From contig JBIQJY010000008.1 in NCBI GenBank assembly GCA_044507065.1, positions 4,441 through 68,440 on the forward strand: a DNA stretch of 64,000 bases, given 5' to 3'. Under the pieces are notes generated by a model. That model saw nothing but the letters and a program-made list of their open reading frames with translations, made no database searches and was not told where the DNA came from. Below are positions 47,932-61,181 of the stretch, one piece after another; position 1 is the first letter of the stretch, and every line of letters starts with the position of its first letter. Position numbers and translations under genes: made by a program. This DNA is from Acidobacteriota bacterium. GTDB lineage: Bacteria > Acidobacteriota > Vicinamibacteria > Vicinamibacterales > SCN-69-37.

Positions 47932-48798
47932 ATGTCAGCAACCGCACAGATTGGCATCATTGGCGGGAGCGGTCTGTACGACATGGCCGAGCTCGCCGAC
48001 CGCGAAGAGCTCACCGTGAACACGCCGTTCGGCGAACCGTCCGGACCCTACGTCCTGGCCACGCTCCGGGGCCGGCGGGTCGCATTCCTGCCGCGCCATG
48101 GCGTCGGGCACCGGTATCAGCCGTCGGAGCTCAACTTCCGCGCGAACATCTATGGCTTCAAGAAGCTCGGCGTGGAATGGATTCTTTCGGCGAGCGCGGT
48201 CGGCAGCCTGCGCGAGGACTACAAGCCCACCGATCTCGTGGTGCCCGATCAGTTCTTCGATCGCACGCGCAACCGGGTGAGCACGTTCTTCGGCGATGGG
48301 CTCGTCGCGCACGTCGGTTTCGCGCATCCCTTCTGCCGCCCGCTCAGCAGCATCCTGCACGCGTCGGCGGTGAAGGCCGGCGCCACCGTGCACGAGCGGG
48401 GGACGTATGTCTGCATGGAAGGACCGCAGTTTTCGACGGTGGCCGAGTCGAACTGGTACCGCGCCGCCGGGTTCGACATCATCGGTATGACGAACCTGCA
48501 GGAAGCGAAACTCGCGCGCGAGGCCGAGATCTGCTACACGACGCTGGCCCTGGTCACCGACTACGACTGCTGGCACCCGGATCACGACTCGGTGACCGTC
48601 GAGATGGTGGTAGCCACGCTGTCGCAGAACGCCAGAACGGCGCAGCAGGTCCTGGCAAATGCAGTCGAGCAGTTGCCGATCGAGCGGACCTGTGAGTGCG
48701 CGCGCGCGCTGTCCACCGCGATCATGACGCGGCCTGACGTCATTCCGGCCGCGGCGCGCGAGCGGCTCGACCTGCTCGTCGGGAAGTATCTGCGCTGA
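47932..48798 (+). CDS. mtnP: S-methyl-5'-thioadenosine phosphorylase
   Basis: [57 protein letters not shown] 47932 inside ORF 47152..48798. Confidence 0.9.
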   Translation: MSATAQIGIIGGSGLYDMAELADREELTVNTPFGEPSGPYVLATLRGRRVAFLPRHGVGHRYQPSELNFRANIYGFKKLGVEWILSASAVGSLREDYKPTDLVVPDQFFDRTRNRVSTFFGDGLVAHVGFAHPFCRPLSSILHASAVKAGATVHERGTYVCMEGPQFSTVAESNWYRAAGFDIIGMTNLQEAKLAREAEICYTTLALVTDYDCWHPDHDSVTVEMVVATLSQNARTAQQVLANAVEQLPIERTCECARALSTAIMTRPDVIPAAARERLDLLVGKYLR

Positions 48799-48845
48799 GG
48801 GTGGCCCACCGCCGAATGACGGGCCCCGTTGTCACGGTTGCACAT

Positions 48846-49793
48846 ATGAGAATCATCGTTACTGGATCGATCGCGTACGACTACCTGATGTCGTTCCCGG
48901 GGAAGTTCACCGAGCACCTGCTGCCCGAGCACTTCTCGCGCGTCAGCCTGAGTTTCCTCGTCGATAGCATGGACAAGCGCCGGGGGGGATGCGCGCCCAA
49001 CATCGCCTATACGCTGGCACTGCTCGGCGAGCGGCCGGTGCTCATGGCGACGGCCGGGCAGGACTTCGGCGACTACCGCCGGTGGCTCGATGCGGCGGGG
49101 ATCGACACGTCACTCGTCCGCGAGATTGCCGGCAAGTTCACGGCCTCGTTCTTCTGCAACACCGACGGCGCGAACAACCAGATTGCCTCGTTCTACACCG
49201 GCGCGATGGAGCATGCGAGCGAACTGTCGTTTCGCACCGCGGGCAAGGTCGATCTGGCCATCATTTCGCCGAACGATCCGGACGCGATGCGCCAGTACGC
49301 CGAGGAGTGCCGTGTCCTGGGCGTGAACTACATCTTCGATCCGGGACAGCAGTGCGCGCGGATGTCCGGGCCGGAACTGGCAGCCGGCCTGACCGGTGCC
49401 TACATGGTGATCTGCAACGATTACGAGTTCGAGTTGATCCGGCAGAAGACCGGCCTCGACGAGGACGGCGTACTCGAGCACGCAGGCATGCTCGTCATCA
49501 CACGCGGCGAACACGGCTGCCGGGTCCTGACGCGGGCCGGTCAGGTCGATGTGCCTGCTGTGCCGGTCGCCCGCATCGAGGATCCGACCGGCGTGGGTGA
49601 TGCGTACCGTGGCGGGTTCATGAAGGGACTGGCGCACGGCGCCGAACCCCTGGTGTGCGCCCGGCTCGGGAGTGTGGCGGCGGCCTATGCGCTCGAGCAC
49701 CTGGGCGGGACGTCGCACGCCTACACGTGGCAGGAGTTCGAGGCCCGCTACGAGCAGAGTTTCGGTTCTCTGGCGCTGCCGGTCAGGTCCTGA
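48846..49793 (+). CDS. PfkB-family carbohydrate/nucleoside kinase
   Basis: GGCAPNIAYTLALLG and DPTGVGDAYRGGF PfkB signatures. ATG 48846 inside ORF 48801..49793. Confidence 0.85.
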   Translation: MRIIVTGSIAYDYLMSFPGKFTEHLLPEHFSRVSLSFLVDSMDKRRGGCAPNIAYTLALLGERPVLMATAGQDFGDYRRWLDAAGIDTSLVREIAGKFTASFFCNTDGANNQIASFYTGAMEHASELSFRTAGKVDLAIISPNDPDAMRQYAEECRVLGVNYIFDPGQQCARMSGPELAAGLTGAYMVICNDYEFELIRQKTGLDEDGVLEHAGMLVITRGEHGCRVLTRAGQVDVPAVPVARIEDPTGVGDAYRGGFMKGLAHGAEPLVCARLGSVAAAYALEHLGGTSHAYTWQEFEARYEQSFGSLALPVRS

Positions 49794-50245
49794 TGCGCGC
49801 CGCGCTCGTCGTCGCCGCCCTGTTGTGGCCCGTGACACTTGCGGCTGCAGTCGTGGACCGGCTCGACGGGCACCCCGGCCTGGCAGGTACCGCCGTCTAC
49901 GTGGCCGCATCGCGCATCTGCCACCAGCGGCCCGATCGTTCGTTTCACACCGCCGGTCACCAGTGGCCGGTCTGCGCGCGATGCGCGGGTCTCTATGTCG
50001 GAGCGGCGCTCGGCGCGCTGGCGGGCCTGGTCGCGTCGACCAGAATCCGCCGCGGTCCGTTGCTCGTCGTCCTTGCCGCAGCCGCCATACCGACGGCCGC
50101 GACCTGGCTGATGGACGTAGGCGGACTGGCACCCGTGGCCGGGAGCGCGCGCGCGGCGGCGGCCCTGCCGCTCGGCGCAGCGCTCGCAACGTCGCTCGTG
50201 TGGATAGCCACCCCGCGAGCCGGACTCGACGAACCAATCGGATAG
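49793..50245 (+). CDS. DUF2085-like membrane protein
   Basis: ICHQRPDRSF..WPVCARCAGLY motif plus TM helices. ATG shares one base with the preceding TGA (TGATG). Confidence 0.75.
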   Translation: MRAALVVAALLWPVTLAAAVVDRLDGHPGLAGTAVYVAASRICHQRPDRSFHTAGHQWPVCARCAGLYVGAALGALAGLVASTRIRRGPLLVVLAAAAIPTAATWLMDVGGLAPVAGSARAAAALPLGAALATSLVWIATPRAGLDEPIG

Positions 50246-50254
50246 ACTGACGAC

Positions 50255-50698
50255 GTGTCCTCTGCCCCCCCTGCCACGGCCGCGCGCTCGCGTCGTCCCG
50301 ACACCCAGACGGCGGTGACCACCGGCGGATCGGCGCGTGTCATCGTCCTGGCGTGGTTGATACCCGGTGCAGGGCACGTCCTAGTGGGCGAGGCCCGGCG
50401 GGGGCTCGTCTTTTTTGTCACCCTGACGGCCATGTACGCCGTCGGGATCGGCTTCGGCGGCCGCCTCTTTCCGTTCCAGTTCTCCGAATGGCTTGTTTTG
50501 CTGGCCGGCCTGGCGCAGTGGGGCCTCGGTCTTCCGCGGCTGATTGCCAGCATCGCCGGCGCCGGTGCCGGTGAGGTCGTCGCCGTGACCTACGAGTACG
50601 GCAACACCTTCCTCATCGCGAGCGGCCTGCTCAACATGCTCGTCGCGCTCGATGCCTTCGACCGCGCGCGCGGCGTGAAGGACCGCACTACCCGATGA
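50255..50698 (+). CDS. membrane protein (DUF6677-like from memory)
   Basis: WLIPGAGHVLVGEARRGLVFF.. and ..YEYGNTFLIASGLLNMLVALDAFD. Predicted 3-4 TM helices. Confidence 0.65.
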   Translation: MSSAPPATAARSRRPDTQTAVTTGGSARVIVLAWLIPGAGHVLVGEARRGLVFFVTLTAMYAVGIGFGGRLFPFQFSEWLVLLAGLAQWGLGLPRLIASIAGAGAGEVVAVTYEYGNTFLIASGLLNMLVALDAFDRARGVKDRTTR

Positions 50699-50868
50699 CG
50701 TCGCATCTCGGCGTGATGATTCTGTTTGCGGCCTGCGTGGCCGTCGTATTTGCGGCACTCCTTCGCAATGACGTCGCCAGCGCGTGGCGGCTGGGCGCGC
50801 GGATCTTCAGTGGTCTCGTGGGCGGCGCCGTCATCGTGGGCTGGCTGATGTACGCGATTACTCCCTGA
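50695..50868 (+). CDS. 57-aa two-TM membrane peptide (below the ORF-track length cutoff)
   Basis: Hand translation: MTSHLGVMILFAACVAVVFAALLRNDVASAWRLGARIFSGLVGGAVIVGWLMYAITP. ATGA overlap with the upstream gene. Its stop lies 2 nt before the next ATG. Confidence 0.55.
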   Translation: MTSHLGVMILFAACVAVVFAALLRNDVASAWRLGARIFSGLVGGAVIVGWLMYAITP

Positions 50869-50870
50869 CG

Positions 50871-51305
50871 ATGGCGTCCGGAGCACGAGCGCCCGCGCCG
50901 GCGGGGCGCCGGGCTGGATCGACCGCGTCGTGGTGGTGGCGGTGGGGCCCGGTGCTGGCGGCGATGGCGGCCATCTTTGTCGCCTCGAACACGCCGAACC
51001 TGGGGGATCTGCCCGGCGGCATGTCCGACAAGACTGCCCACGTGCTGGCCTACGCCGGCCTGACGCTTCTGGTGTTGCGGGCCACGTCCGGTATGCGGTG
51101 GTCCGGTGTGACGGCCCGGTCCGCGTTGGCAGCCTGGCTCGTCGCTGTCGGGTACGGCGTGAGCGACGAGGTGCATCAGCGATTCGTCCCCGGCCGCACG
51201 GCAGCGCTCGACGATCTGGCGGCCGACGCCATCGGCGCGGCGCTGGCAGTCGCCCTTGTCTTCCTGGCCGCACGCGTCCTGAAGCGTCCGGACCGCGCAG
51301 TATAA
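50871..51305 (+). CDS. VanZ-family membrane protein
   Basis: DKTAHVLAYAGLTLL..GVSDEVHQRFVPGRTAALDDLAADAIGA. ATG 50871 inside ORF 50784..51305. Confidence 0.8.
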   Translation: MASGARAPAPAGRRAGSTASWWWRWGPVLAAMAAIFVASNTPNLGDLPGGMSDKTAHVLAYAGLTLLVLRATSGMRWSGVTARSALAAWLVAVGYGVSDEVHQRFVPGRTAALDDLAADAIGAALAVALVFLAARVLKRPDRAV

Positions 51306-51320
51306 TGACCAGCTTCGATC

Positions 51321-51758
51321 ATGCGGATTGCCCTTGTCGTTTCCCGCTATCACGCGTTCATCACCGACGGTCTCGAACAGGGGGCACGCCAGGCGCTGGC
51401 CGACGCCGCCATCGGGCCTGACAACGTCGAGTCGTTTGCCGTACCTGGTGCCTACGAACTGGCGCAGGCGGCGAGCCGCGTGGCCGCGACGCGGCGCTTC
51501 GACGCCATCGTGTGCCTGGGCTGCCTGATTCGCGGCGAGACGCCGCACTTCGACTACATCGCGCAGGCCGCCTCGCACGGCGTCATGCGCGCCGCCCAGG
51601 CGTCCGGCGTGCCCATCGGTTTCGGCCTGCTCACGACGAATACGGCCGAAGAGGCCGTGGCACGATCGGTTGCCGGCGAGGCCAACAAGGGGCGTGAGGC
51701 GGCCCGCGCCGCGCTGGAGATGGCGCGGCTCTATCGGACGATCGGAGACGCGACGTGA
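51321..51758 (+). CDS. ribH: 6,7-dimethyl-8-ribityllumazine synthase
   Basis: FAVPGAYELA..AIVCLGCLIRGETPHFDYIA..FGLLTT. Confidence 0.92.
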   Translation: MRIALVVSRYHAFITDGLEQGARQALADAAIGPDNVESFAVPGAYELAQAASRVAATRRFDAIVCLGCLIRGETPHFDYIAQAASHGVMRAAQASGVPIGFGLLTTNTAEEAVARSVAGEANKGREAARAALEMARLYRTIGDAT

Positions 51759-52213
51759 GCGGTCGCCGCACGCAGGCCCGCGAGGCGGCGCTCCAGATCC
51801 TCTATTTCTGGGAAGTCGGCGGCGCGCAACCCATCACCGCCATCCAGGCCTACTTTGCCGAACATCGTCCTGACGCCGATGAGGCCCTGACGACGTTCAC
51901 GACGCGACTGGTCCTCGGCACGATAGCCGAGATCGACGCCCTCGACACCGCGATCGAACAGCACGCGCGCCATTGGCGCATCGAGCGAATTGCCGTCATC
52001 GATCGACTCATCCTGCGGCTGGCCGTCTGGGAACTGCGTCACGAGACGGAGACCCCGGCGGCCGTCGTGCTCAACGAGGCGCTCGAACTGACGCGCCGCT
52101 TCAGTTCGGACGATGCCGTGCGCTTCGTCAACGGCGTGCTGGACGCCATTCGCCGTGGCGAAGGCTCCGGGACCTCGGGCGCGCCGGCGCGTACGACGAC
52201 ACCGACAGACTGA
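51755..52213 (+). CDS. nusB: transcription antitermination factor NusB
   Basis: AREAALQILYFWE..IDRLILRLAVWEL..VVLNEALELTRRFS..FVNGVLD. GTGA overlap with ribH (the classical ribH-nusB pair). Confidence 0.9.
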   Translation: MSGRRTQAREAALQILYFWEVGGAQPITAIQAYFAEHRPDADEALTTFTTRLVLGTIAEIDALDTAIEQHARHWRIERIAVIDRLILRLAVWELRHETETPAAVVLNEALELTRRFSSDDAVRFVNGVLDAIRRGEGSGTSGAPARTTTPTD

Positions 52214-52217
52214 CCGT

Positions 52218-53786
<1,569 letters not shown>

Positions 53787-53790
53787 CGCG

Positions 53791-55025
53791 ATGGCGCATC
53801 CTCCCGGCGCATTCGCGTGGTTCGTCGCACGGCGGTACCTCACCGCGCGACGCCGGCAGGCCTTCATCTCCCTGATTTCCGCCGTCTCGGTCCTTGGCGT
53901 CGGGGTCGGCGTGATGGCCGTCATCATCGCGCTCGCGCTGATGACCGGCGTGCAGGGCGAACTGCGCGACCGCATCGTCGGTTCGACCGCGCACATGTAC
54001 ATCTACAAGCAGGACGGCCCATTCGTGGATCTCGAGGCCGACCGCGCCCGCGTCATGGTTCCAGGCGTCCAGGCGTCTGCGCCCGCCATTCTCGGTGCAG
54101 CCCTTCTGCAGGCCGGCACGCTCGAATACGCGATGATCAAGGGCATCGATCCGGCCCTCGAAGTCGGTGTCACCGACATTGCGGCCGCCGTGCAGTCGGG
54201 TTCGCTCGAGGCACTGACCAATCGTGGCCCCGACGCCCGCGAGGGGATCGTCCTCGGGGCGGACCTGGCCGAGCAGATGGGCCTTCGCCTCGGCGACATC
54301 GTCGACGTCGTGACGGCGCAGACGACGGCGACGCCCGGCGGACAGATGAACCGACGCCGCCCGCTCGAAGTGGTCGGCACGGTCCGGTTCGGGTTCTACG
54401 AAGTGGACACGCGCTTCGGCTTCGTGTCGCTGTACACGGCCGAGTCGCTGCTGTCGCCGACCGGGCCGAACATGCTCCAGCTGAAGCTCGCGAACGTCGA
54501 GGCGGCGCGCGGCATCCGGGATCAACTGCAGCAGCAGCTCGGCATGGGCTACGACGTGCTGGACTGGATCGAGATGAACGAGCCGCTCTATTCCGCGCTG
54601 TGGCTCGAGAAGGTGGCCATCTCGCTGGCCATCGGCCTCATCGTCATGGTCGCCGCCCTGAACATCGTCGCGTCGCTGGTGCTGCTCGTCATGGAGAAAA
54701 CGCGCGACATCGCGATCCTGCGCACGATGGGCGCCCCGGGCCGCACCATCCGCCGCATCTTCATCTATCAGGGCGTGACGATCGGGCTCGTCGGGACGTT
54801 CGTCGGCGCGGCGCTCGGGGTGGCGGTGTCGATCGTGCTGGACCGCTTTCAGCTCATCCGGATGCCGTCCGAGGTGTACCAGATCTCCTACCTGCCATTC
54901 CGCGTGCAGCCGCTCGACGTGACCGTTGTCGTGCTGGCCGCGGTGGGCATCTGCCTGGTCGCCACGCTCTATCCGTCGCGCCAGGCCGGGCGCATCGACC
55001 CGGCCGAGGCGCTCAGGAACCAGTG

Positions 55026-55026
<1 letters not shown>
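53791..55026 (+). CDS. LolC/LolE-family (FtsX-like) lipoprotein-release ABC permease
   Basis: FVARRYLTARRRQAFISLISAVSVLGV, MacB-type periplasmic domain and C-terminal FtsX helices ending ..IDPAEALRNQ. Confidence 0.85.
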
Positions 55027-55718
<692 letters not shown>

Positions 55719-55831
55719 GAGCACTTTCGGTCGCCTGACCAACCGTTCCGGTCGAGCCTGCAAGTCCCGGGCTTGCCGTATAATGCAGGGAAGGAACGCA
55801 CTGAAAGCCTCGCTTTCGGGCGGACGATTTG

Positions 55832-58273
55832 ATGTTTGAACGCTACACGGAACGAGCGCGGCGCGTTCTGTTCTTCGCCCGCTACGAAGCCACGCAGCTT
55901 GGTAGCACGTCGATCGAGACCGAGCACCTCCTGCTGGGATTGATCCGCGAAGGCAAGGGCCTGACGAGCCGGATTTTTGCGCGGTCGCACCTGTCGCTCG
56001 AGAGCATCCGCAAGGAGATCGAGGGACGCACGGTATTCCGCGAGAAGGTCTCGACGTCGGTCGAGATTCCCTTCAGCACGGAAACCAAACGGGTCCTGCA
56101 GTTCGCGGCCGAAGAGGCCGACCGGCTGCTGCACACCTACATCGGGACCGAGCACCTGCTGCTGGGGATCCTGCGCGAAGAGCGTTCGGTCGCCGCCTCG
56201 ATTCTCTATGAGAAGGGCATGCGGCTGGCGAGCGTGCGCGAGGACATCGTGCAGCTGCTCAACGAGAAGACCGCGCCGACCCGCCCGAAGGAGACGCCGC
56301 TGCTGGCCGAGTTCAGCCGCGACCTCACCGAGGCGGCGATGAAGAATCAGCTCGATCCGCTGGTCGGTCGACTGCTCGAAGTCGAGCGCGTCCAGCAGGT
56401 GCTCTGCCGGCGCACGAAGAACAATGCGGTGCTCATCGGCGAGCCGGGCGTCGGCAAGACGGCCATCGTCGAGGGCCTGGCGCAGAAAGTAGTCTGCGGC
56501 GACGTGCCGCACTTCCTCGCCGACAAGCGCATCCTCGCCCTCGACATCTCGCTCATCGTGGCGGGCACGAAGTATCGGGGGCAGTTCGAAGAGCGCCTCA
56601 AGGCGATCATGAAGGAGCTCACCGAGAACCCGAACATCATCGTGTTCATCGACGAGCTGCACACGCTGGTGGGCGCCGGGTCGGCCGAAGGGTCGCTCGA
56701 TGCCGCCAACATCCTCAAGCCCGCGCTCTCGCGGGGCGAGATCCGGTGCGTGGGCGCAACGACGCCGGCCGAGTACCGCAAGTACATCGAAAAGGATCGG
56801 TCGCTCGAGCGGCGGTTCCAGGCCGTGAAGGTCGATCCGCCGAGCGAAGCCGAGACCATCCAGGTGCTGATGGGCATCAAGGATCGGTACGAGGCGTTTC
56901 ATCACGTCGAGTACTCGCGCGAGGCCATCGAGGCCGCCGTCTACCAGTCGAGCCGCTACATCACCGACCGGTTCCTGCCCGACAAGGCCATCGACCTGAT
57001 CGACGAGGCCGGGTCGCGGGCGAAGCTGCGCGACGCCGAGATGAGCGCCGAACTGGGGGAGATCAGCCGCGTGGTGCGGACGTCGGTCGAGGTCGATGGT
57101 GAGACGGACCTGAGCGGCGACAAGAACTGGGCAGCCTTTGCTGGCGCCGAGAGCGCGGATCGCGATCAGGTCTCGATCGTTCGCGAGCGCGTCGACGTGA
57201 AGTCGGCGGCCACCCGCGTGCAGATTGGCAAGTCGGACATCGACGAGGTCGTGTCGAAGTGGACGGGCGTCCCGCTGATGTCGGTGACGGAGGACGAAGG
57301 CGGCAAGCTGCTGCGGATGGAAGAGGAACTGCACCGCCGCGTCATCAGCCAGGAGAAGGCCATCTCGGCCCTCGCCCGTGCCATTCGTCGATCGCGCGCC
57401 GGCCTGAAGAATCCGGCCCGCCCGGTGGGCAGTTTCGTGTTCCTCGGACCGACCGGCGTGGGCAAGACGGAGCTGGCGCGCGCGCTGGCGAGCTTCCTGT
57501 TCGGCAGCGACCACTCGCTCATCCGGTTCGACATGTCCGAGTACATGGAAAAGCACTCGGTCTCGAAGCTGATCGGATCACCGCCCGGGTACGTCGGGCA
57601 CGAGGAGGGTGGTCAGCTCACCGAGAAGATCAAGCGCAACCCGTATTCGGTCGTGCTGCTCGACGAGATCGAGAAGGCGCATCCGGACCTGTTCAACATC
57701 CTGCTGCAGGTGTTCGAGGACGGCCACCTGACCGACGGCCTGGGGAATCGTGTCAATTTCAAGAACACGATCATCATCATGACGTCGAACATCGGCGCGC
57801 GCTTCATCCAGAAGAAGGCCGCGATGGGCTTCCAGTCGCCCGATACCCGCGACGTGCAGAAGTCGGTCACCGACATGGTGCTGGGCGAGGTCAAGCGGAC
57901 GTTCAATCCCGAGTTCATCAACCGCATCGACGAACTCATCGTCTTCGATCCGCTGTCCGACGACGACCTGCGCAAGATTGCCCGGCTGCTGATCGAGAGC
58001 CTGAACGCGCACCTCATCGACCGCGAACTGAAGCTCGACGTGCGCGACGAAGTGATCGACTGGATTATCGACGCCACGTGTCGCGACCGGTCGTACGGTG
58101 CCAGGCCTCTGCGGCGCGCAATCCAGCGGTATATCGAAGACCCCCTGTCCGAGGCCCTGATCCGTGGCGAGCTGCGGACCGGCGAGGTCGAAATCTACAT
58201 GGAACACGGTGCTCTCGCCTGGAGGTCGTCGGGCCAGGACGAGGCCGGCCGGCGGCTCGCCGCCACCGTCTAA
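55832..58273 (+). CDS. clpC: ClpC-type Clp/Hsp100 AAA+ ATPase
   Basis: Two Clp_N repeats ([13 protein letters not shown].., ..[13 protein letters not shown]), two AAA+ modules ([18 protein letters not shown]) and a ClpP-docking-like MGF loop. Confidence 0.88.
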   Translation: MFERYTERARRVLFFARYEATQLGSTSIETEHLLLGLIREGKGLTSRIFARSHLSLESIRKEIEGRTVFREKVSTSVEIPFSTETKRVLQFAAEEADRLLHTYIGTEHLLLGILREERSVAASILYEKGMRLASVREDIVQLLNEKTAPTRPKETPLLAEFSRDLTEAAMKNQLDPLVGRLLEVERVQQVLCRRTKNNAVLIGEPGVGKTAIVEGLAQKVVCGDVPHFLADKRILALDISLIVAGTKYRGQFEERLKAIMKELTENPNIIVFIDELHTLVGAGSAEGSLDAANILKPALSRGEIRCVGATTPAEYRKYIEKDRSLERRFQAVKVDPPSEAETIQVLMGIKDRYEAFHHVEYSREAIEAAVYQSSRYITDRFLPDKAIDLIDEAGSRAKLRDAEMSAELGEISRVVRTSVEVDGETDLSGDKNWAAFAGAESADRDQVSIVRERVDVKSAATRVQIGKSDIDEVVSKWTGVPLMSVTEDEGGKLLRMEEELHRRVISQEKAISALARAIRRSRAGLKNPARPVGSFVFLGPTGVGKTELARALASFLFGSDHSLIRFDMSEYMEKHSVSKLIGSPPGYVGHEEGGQLTEKIKRNPYSVVLLDEIEKAHPDLFNILLQVFEDGHLTDGLGNRVNFKNTIIIMTSNIGARFIQKKAAMGFQSPDTRDVQKSVTDMVLGEVKRTFNPEFINRIDELIVFDPLSDDDLRKIARLLIESLNAHLIDRELKLDVRDEVIDWIIDATCRDRSYGARPLRRAIQRYIEDPLSEALIRGELRTGEVEIYMEHGALAWRSSGQDEAGRRLAATV

Positions 58274-58358
58274 GCTCTACGATTTGCCGGTGGCGAGCCG
58301 GCCCCGCGGCCGCCACGAGGCGCGTCGCGGAGCTGCGGTTCGGCCGGGAGGAACCTGT

Positions 58359-61031
58359 GTGCGAATAGTTCTCCAAGTGTTGTTCGTCCTGGCGGTCCTG
58401 ACCGCCGGGGCCACGCCAGCCGAGGCACAGGCCATTACGCCGTGCTCGGCCAGCGAGACATCCACCAACCTGCCCCCGACCGACTCGGGCCCCCTCTACC
58501 GCTGCGTCCAGTTGATGGCGCACACCGACGGCGACCGCGTGACGGAAGCCGAGTCGATGATCGAGCCGGCCACCTATGGCGCCGTGCTCACCCCGGCCTG
58601 GTCGCTGCGCAGCCAGAGCCGGTGGATGCCCTACGACGAAAGCCTCCTGCAGGCCGATTTCTGGAAGCTCTGGCGGACGGAGTTCCTCGAGGACCTGTGG
58701 ATCGAGGTCATCGACGAGCCGTACGAGAACGGCGTCATGGGCAAGCACGTCATCTTCCACTACGAGGAGCGAGCCCGCGTCAAGATTGTCGACTACGTCT
58801 CGGCCAACGACGACAAGCTGAAGGTCGACGTGTCGAAGATCGAGTCCACGCTGCGCGAGCAGGACGCGATGGTGCGGCTCGACTCGTTCGTCGACGAGGC
58901 CAGCCTGCGCAAGGTCATCGGTGTCATCCGCGAGTTGTACGCGGAGAAGGGGCACAACGATGCGGTCGTGACGACCGAGCGGGCGCCGGTCGCGGGTGGG
59001 TCGAAGCTGATTCACCTGACGTTTCGCATCGATCCCGGGCCGAAGGTCGAGATTGCGGAAGTGATCTTCGAGGGCAACGAGGCATTCACCGACGGCAAGC
59101 TGCGCCGCCAGATGGCGCACAACAAGCCCAACGGATTCCTGGGCTTCATCGGTGATGCCACCTACAACGAATCCCTCTATGCCGAAGACGCCGAGCGTGT
59201 CGGCGAGTTCTACAAGAAGAACGGCTACGCCATGGCCCAGGTGGGCCAGCCGGCGATCGAGACGATTCGCACCAACGAGGACAATACGCGCCGATGGATC
59301 CGGCTGCGGATCCCGGTGGACGAAGGCCAGCGGTACACCATCGGCAACTTCGAGATCACCGGTGAATCCAAGCTCGATCTGGACGCGGTCAAGACACTCT
59401 TCAAGATCGAGCCCGGCGACTTCTACAGCAGCGAGAAAATCCGCAAGGGGCTGGAGGAGGCGCGCAAGGCGTACAGCACGTTCGGATTCTGGCAGTTCGA
59501 CTACCTTCCCGACCTGATGCCCCGCGGCATCGACCCGAACACCGGCCAGCCGATCGGCGACGAGGAGCCGCCGCCGATCATGGACGTGACGATCCAGATG
59601 ATTCCGGGAGAGCAGTTTCTCGTCAACCGGATCACGTTCACGGGTAACGTCACGACGCACGATGCGGTGATCCGGCGCGAGATGCGCGTGGCCGAAGGGG
59701 GCATTTTCAACGCCGAGGCGCTGAAGGAAAGCGTGCGCCGCCTCAACCAGCTCGGCTACTTCCGTCCGTTCGAGGGCACCGAAGGGGAGATGGATGTCGT
59801 CGCTACGCCGGGCGAGGACGACAAGGTCGACATCACGCTGCGTTTCGAGGAAGAGAACCGCAATCAGCTCACGTTCGGCGCGGGTGTCTCCCAGTTCGAT
59901 GGCTTCTTCGGTCAGCTCGCCTATCAGACGTCGAACTTCCTCGGACGGGGAGAAACGCTGGGCGTCTCGCTGCAGAAGGGGTCGCAGGCGCGCAACTACC
60001 AGCTGTCATTCAGCGAGCCCTATCTGTTCGACCGCGCCATCACCGTGGGCGCCGACGTCTACAGCCGCGAGTTCATCTTCCCGCTCCAGTACACGCAGCG
60101 CGCCACGGGCACCAACTACGTGCTGGGCCTTCCGCTGGCCGACTACACCCGGATGTTCGTCAGCTACGGCTACGAGCAGGTCGAGGTGCGCGACGTCAAC
60201 CCGGTCTACTCGCCCGAGGTCCTCAGCCAGAACCCGTACCTGGCGGACATGCTGCTCTACAACAACGGCGGCAAGCGTCGCGTGAGCAAGATCTCGCCGA
60301 GCGTCGTGTTCAACACGGTCAACCGGCCCAGCCAGTATTTCCCCACGGCGGGACGCCGTTATTCGGTCTCGTTCGACTTCGCGGGGTCGGCGCTCGGCGG
60401 CAACACGGACTTCGTGCAGACGCGCGCCGAGGGCATCTGGTACAAGACGCTGACGCCGCGCACGGCGCTCGGGCTGCGCGCCGAGGCGCAGTATGTGCGA
60501 CCGTACGGGCGCACGTCGACGCTGCCGATCTTCGAGAAGCTCTTCTCGGGCGGCGAGTACTCCATGCGCGGATACGACCTCCGCAGTGTCGGACCCCGCG
60601 ATCCCGAGACGGGCGTACTCGTCGGCGGCAACAAGATGCTGACGTTCAACGCCGAGTACTACTTCGACATCTTCGGGCAGGTGCGCCTGGTCGGGTTCTT
60701 CGACGCCGGGCAGGTGCGCGACGTCGGGGATTCGTTCGGCTGGTATGAACCCATCTATCAGCGCGTCGCGCCGCCGCCGCCGTTCCTGTCGGACGTGTTC
60801 GGCGCGCGCAACCTCCTGACCGAGACCAACGCGATTCGCACCGAGGTCATCGGCCGCACGACAGCGTTCAAGACGTCGACGGGTCTCGAAGTGCGCTTCA
60901 TGATGCCCGTGCTCAACGTGCCGTTCCGGCTGATTGGGGCCTACAACCCGAACCCCGGCGGGGTCCTCAACCATCAACTCGAGGTGACCAAGCGGTTCGC
61001 GTTCCGCTTCGCTGTCGGGACAACGTTCTGA
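58359..61031 (+). CDS. bamA: outer membrane protein assembly factor BamA
   Basis: Signal peptide, POTRA repeats (e.g. ITFTGNVTTHDAVIRREM), Omp85 barrel (..VRFMMPVLNVPFRLIGAYN..) and C-terminal ..RFAVGTTF. GTG 58359 with GGGAGG upstream. Confidence 0.9.
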   Translation: MRIVLQVLFVLAVLTAGATPAEAQAITPCSASETSTNLPPTDSGPLYRCVQLMAHTDGDRVTEAESMIEPATYGAVLTPAWSLRSQSRWMPYDESLLQADFWKLWRTEFLEDLWIEVIDEPYENGVMGKHVIFHYEERARVKIVDYVSANDDKLKVDVSKIESTLREQDAMVRLDSFVDEASLRKVIGVIRELYAEKGHNDAVVTTERAPVAGGSKLIHLTFRIDPGPKVEIAEVIFEGNEAFTDGKLRRQMAHNKPNGFLGFIGDATYNESLYAEDAERVGEFYKKNGYAMAQVGQPAIETIRTNEDNTRRWIRLRIPVDEGQRYTIGNFEITGESKLDLDAVKTLFKIEPGDFYSSEKIRKGLEEARKAYSTFGFWQFDYLPDLMPRGIDPNTGQPIGDEEPPPIMDVTIQMIPGEQFLVNRITFTGNVTTHDAVIRREMRVAEGGIFNAEALKESVRRLNQLGYFRPFEGTEGEMDVVATPGEDDKVDITLRFEEENRNQLTFGAGVSQFDGFFGQLAYQTSNFLGRGETLGVSLQKGSQARNYQLSFSEPYLFDRAITVGADVYSREFIFPLQYTQRATGTNYVLGLPLADYTRMFVSYGYEQVEVRDVNPVYSPEVLSQNPYLADMLLYNNGGKRRVSKISPSVVFNTVNRPSQYFPTAGRRYSVSFDFAGSALGGNTDFVQTRAEGIWYKTLTPRTALGLRAEAQYVRPYGRTSTLPIFEKLFSGGEYSMRGYDLRSVGPRDPETGVLVGGNKMLTFNAEYYFDIFGQVRLVGFFDAGQVRDVGDSFGWYEPIYQRVAPPPPFLSDVFGARNLLTETNAIRTEVIGRTTAFKTSTGLEVRFMMPVLNVPFRLIGAYNPNPGGVLNHQLEVTKRFAFRFAVGTTF

Positions 61032-61113
61032 GCAGGAGGGGCCGCCGGGCCCCGGTTCGCCGGTGCGGCTGCCGGCGGGCGCGCGTCGAGGACGTGTGAA
61101 CTGGCCTCCCATG

Positions 61114-61158
61114 AAAAAAAGGGCACGACACCGGGTGGCCGGCGTCGTGCCCTCTTTC
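61114..61158. terminator. bidirectional rho-independent terminator (strong for the minus-strand lipoprotein gene, weaker for bamA)
   Basis: AAAAAAA-GGGCACGAC-(14-nt loop)-GTCGTGCCC-TCTTTC. Confidence 0.8.
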
Positions 61159-61181
61159 GTATCCGTCAGCTGTGTGTCGTC

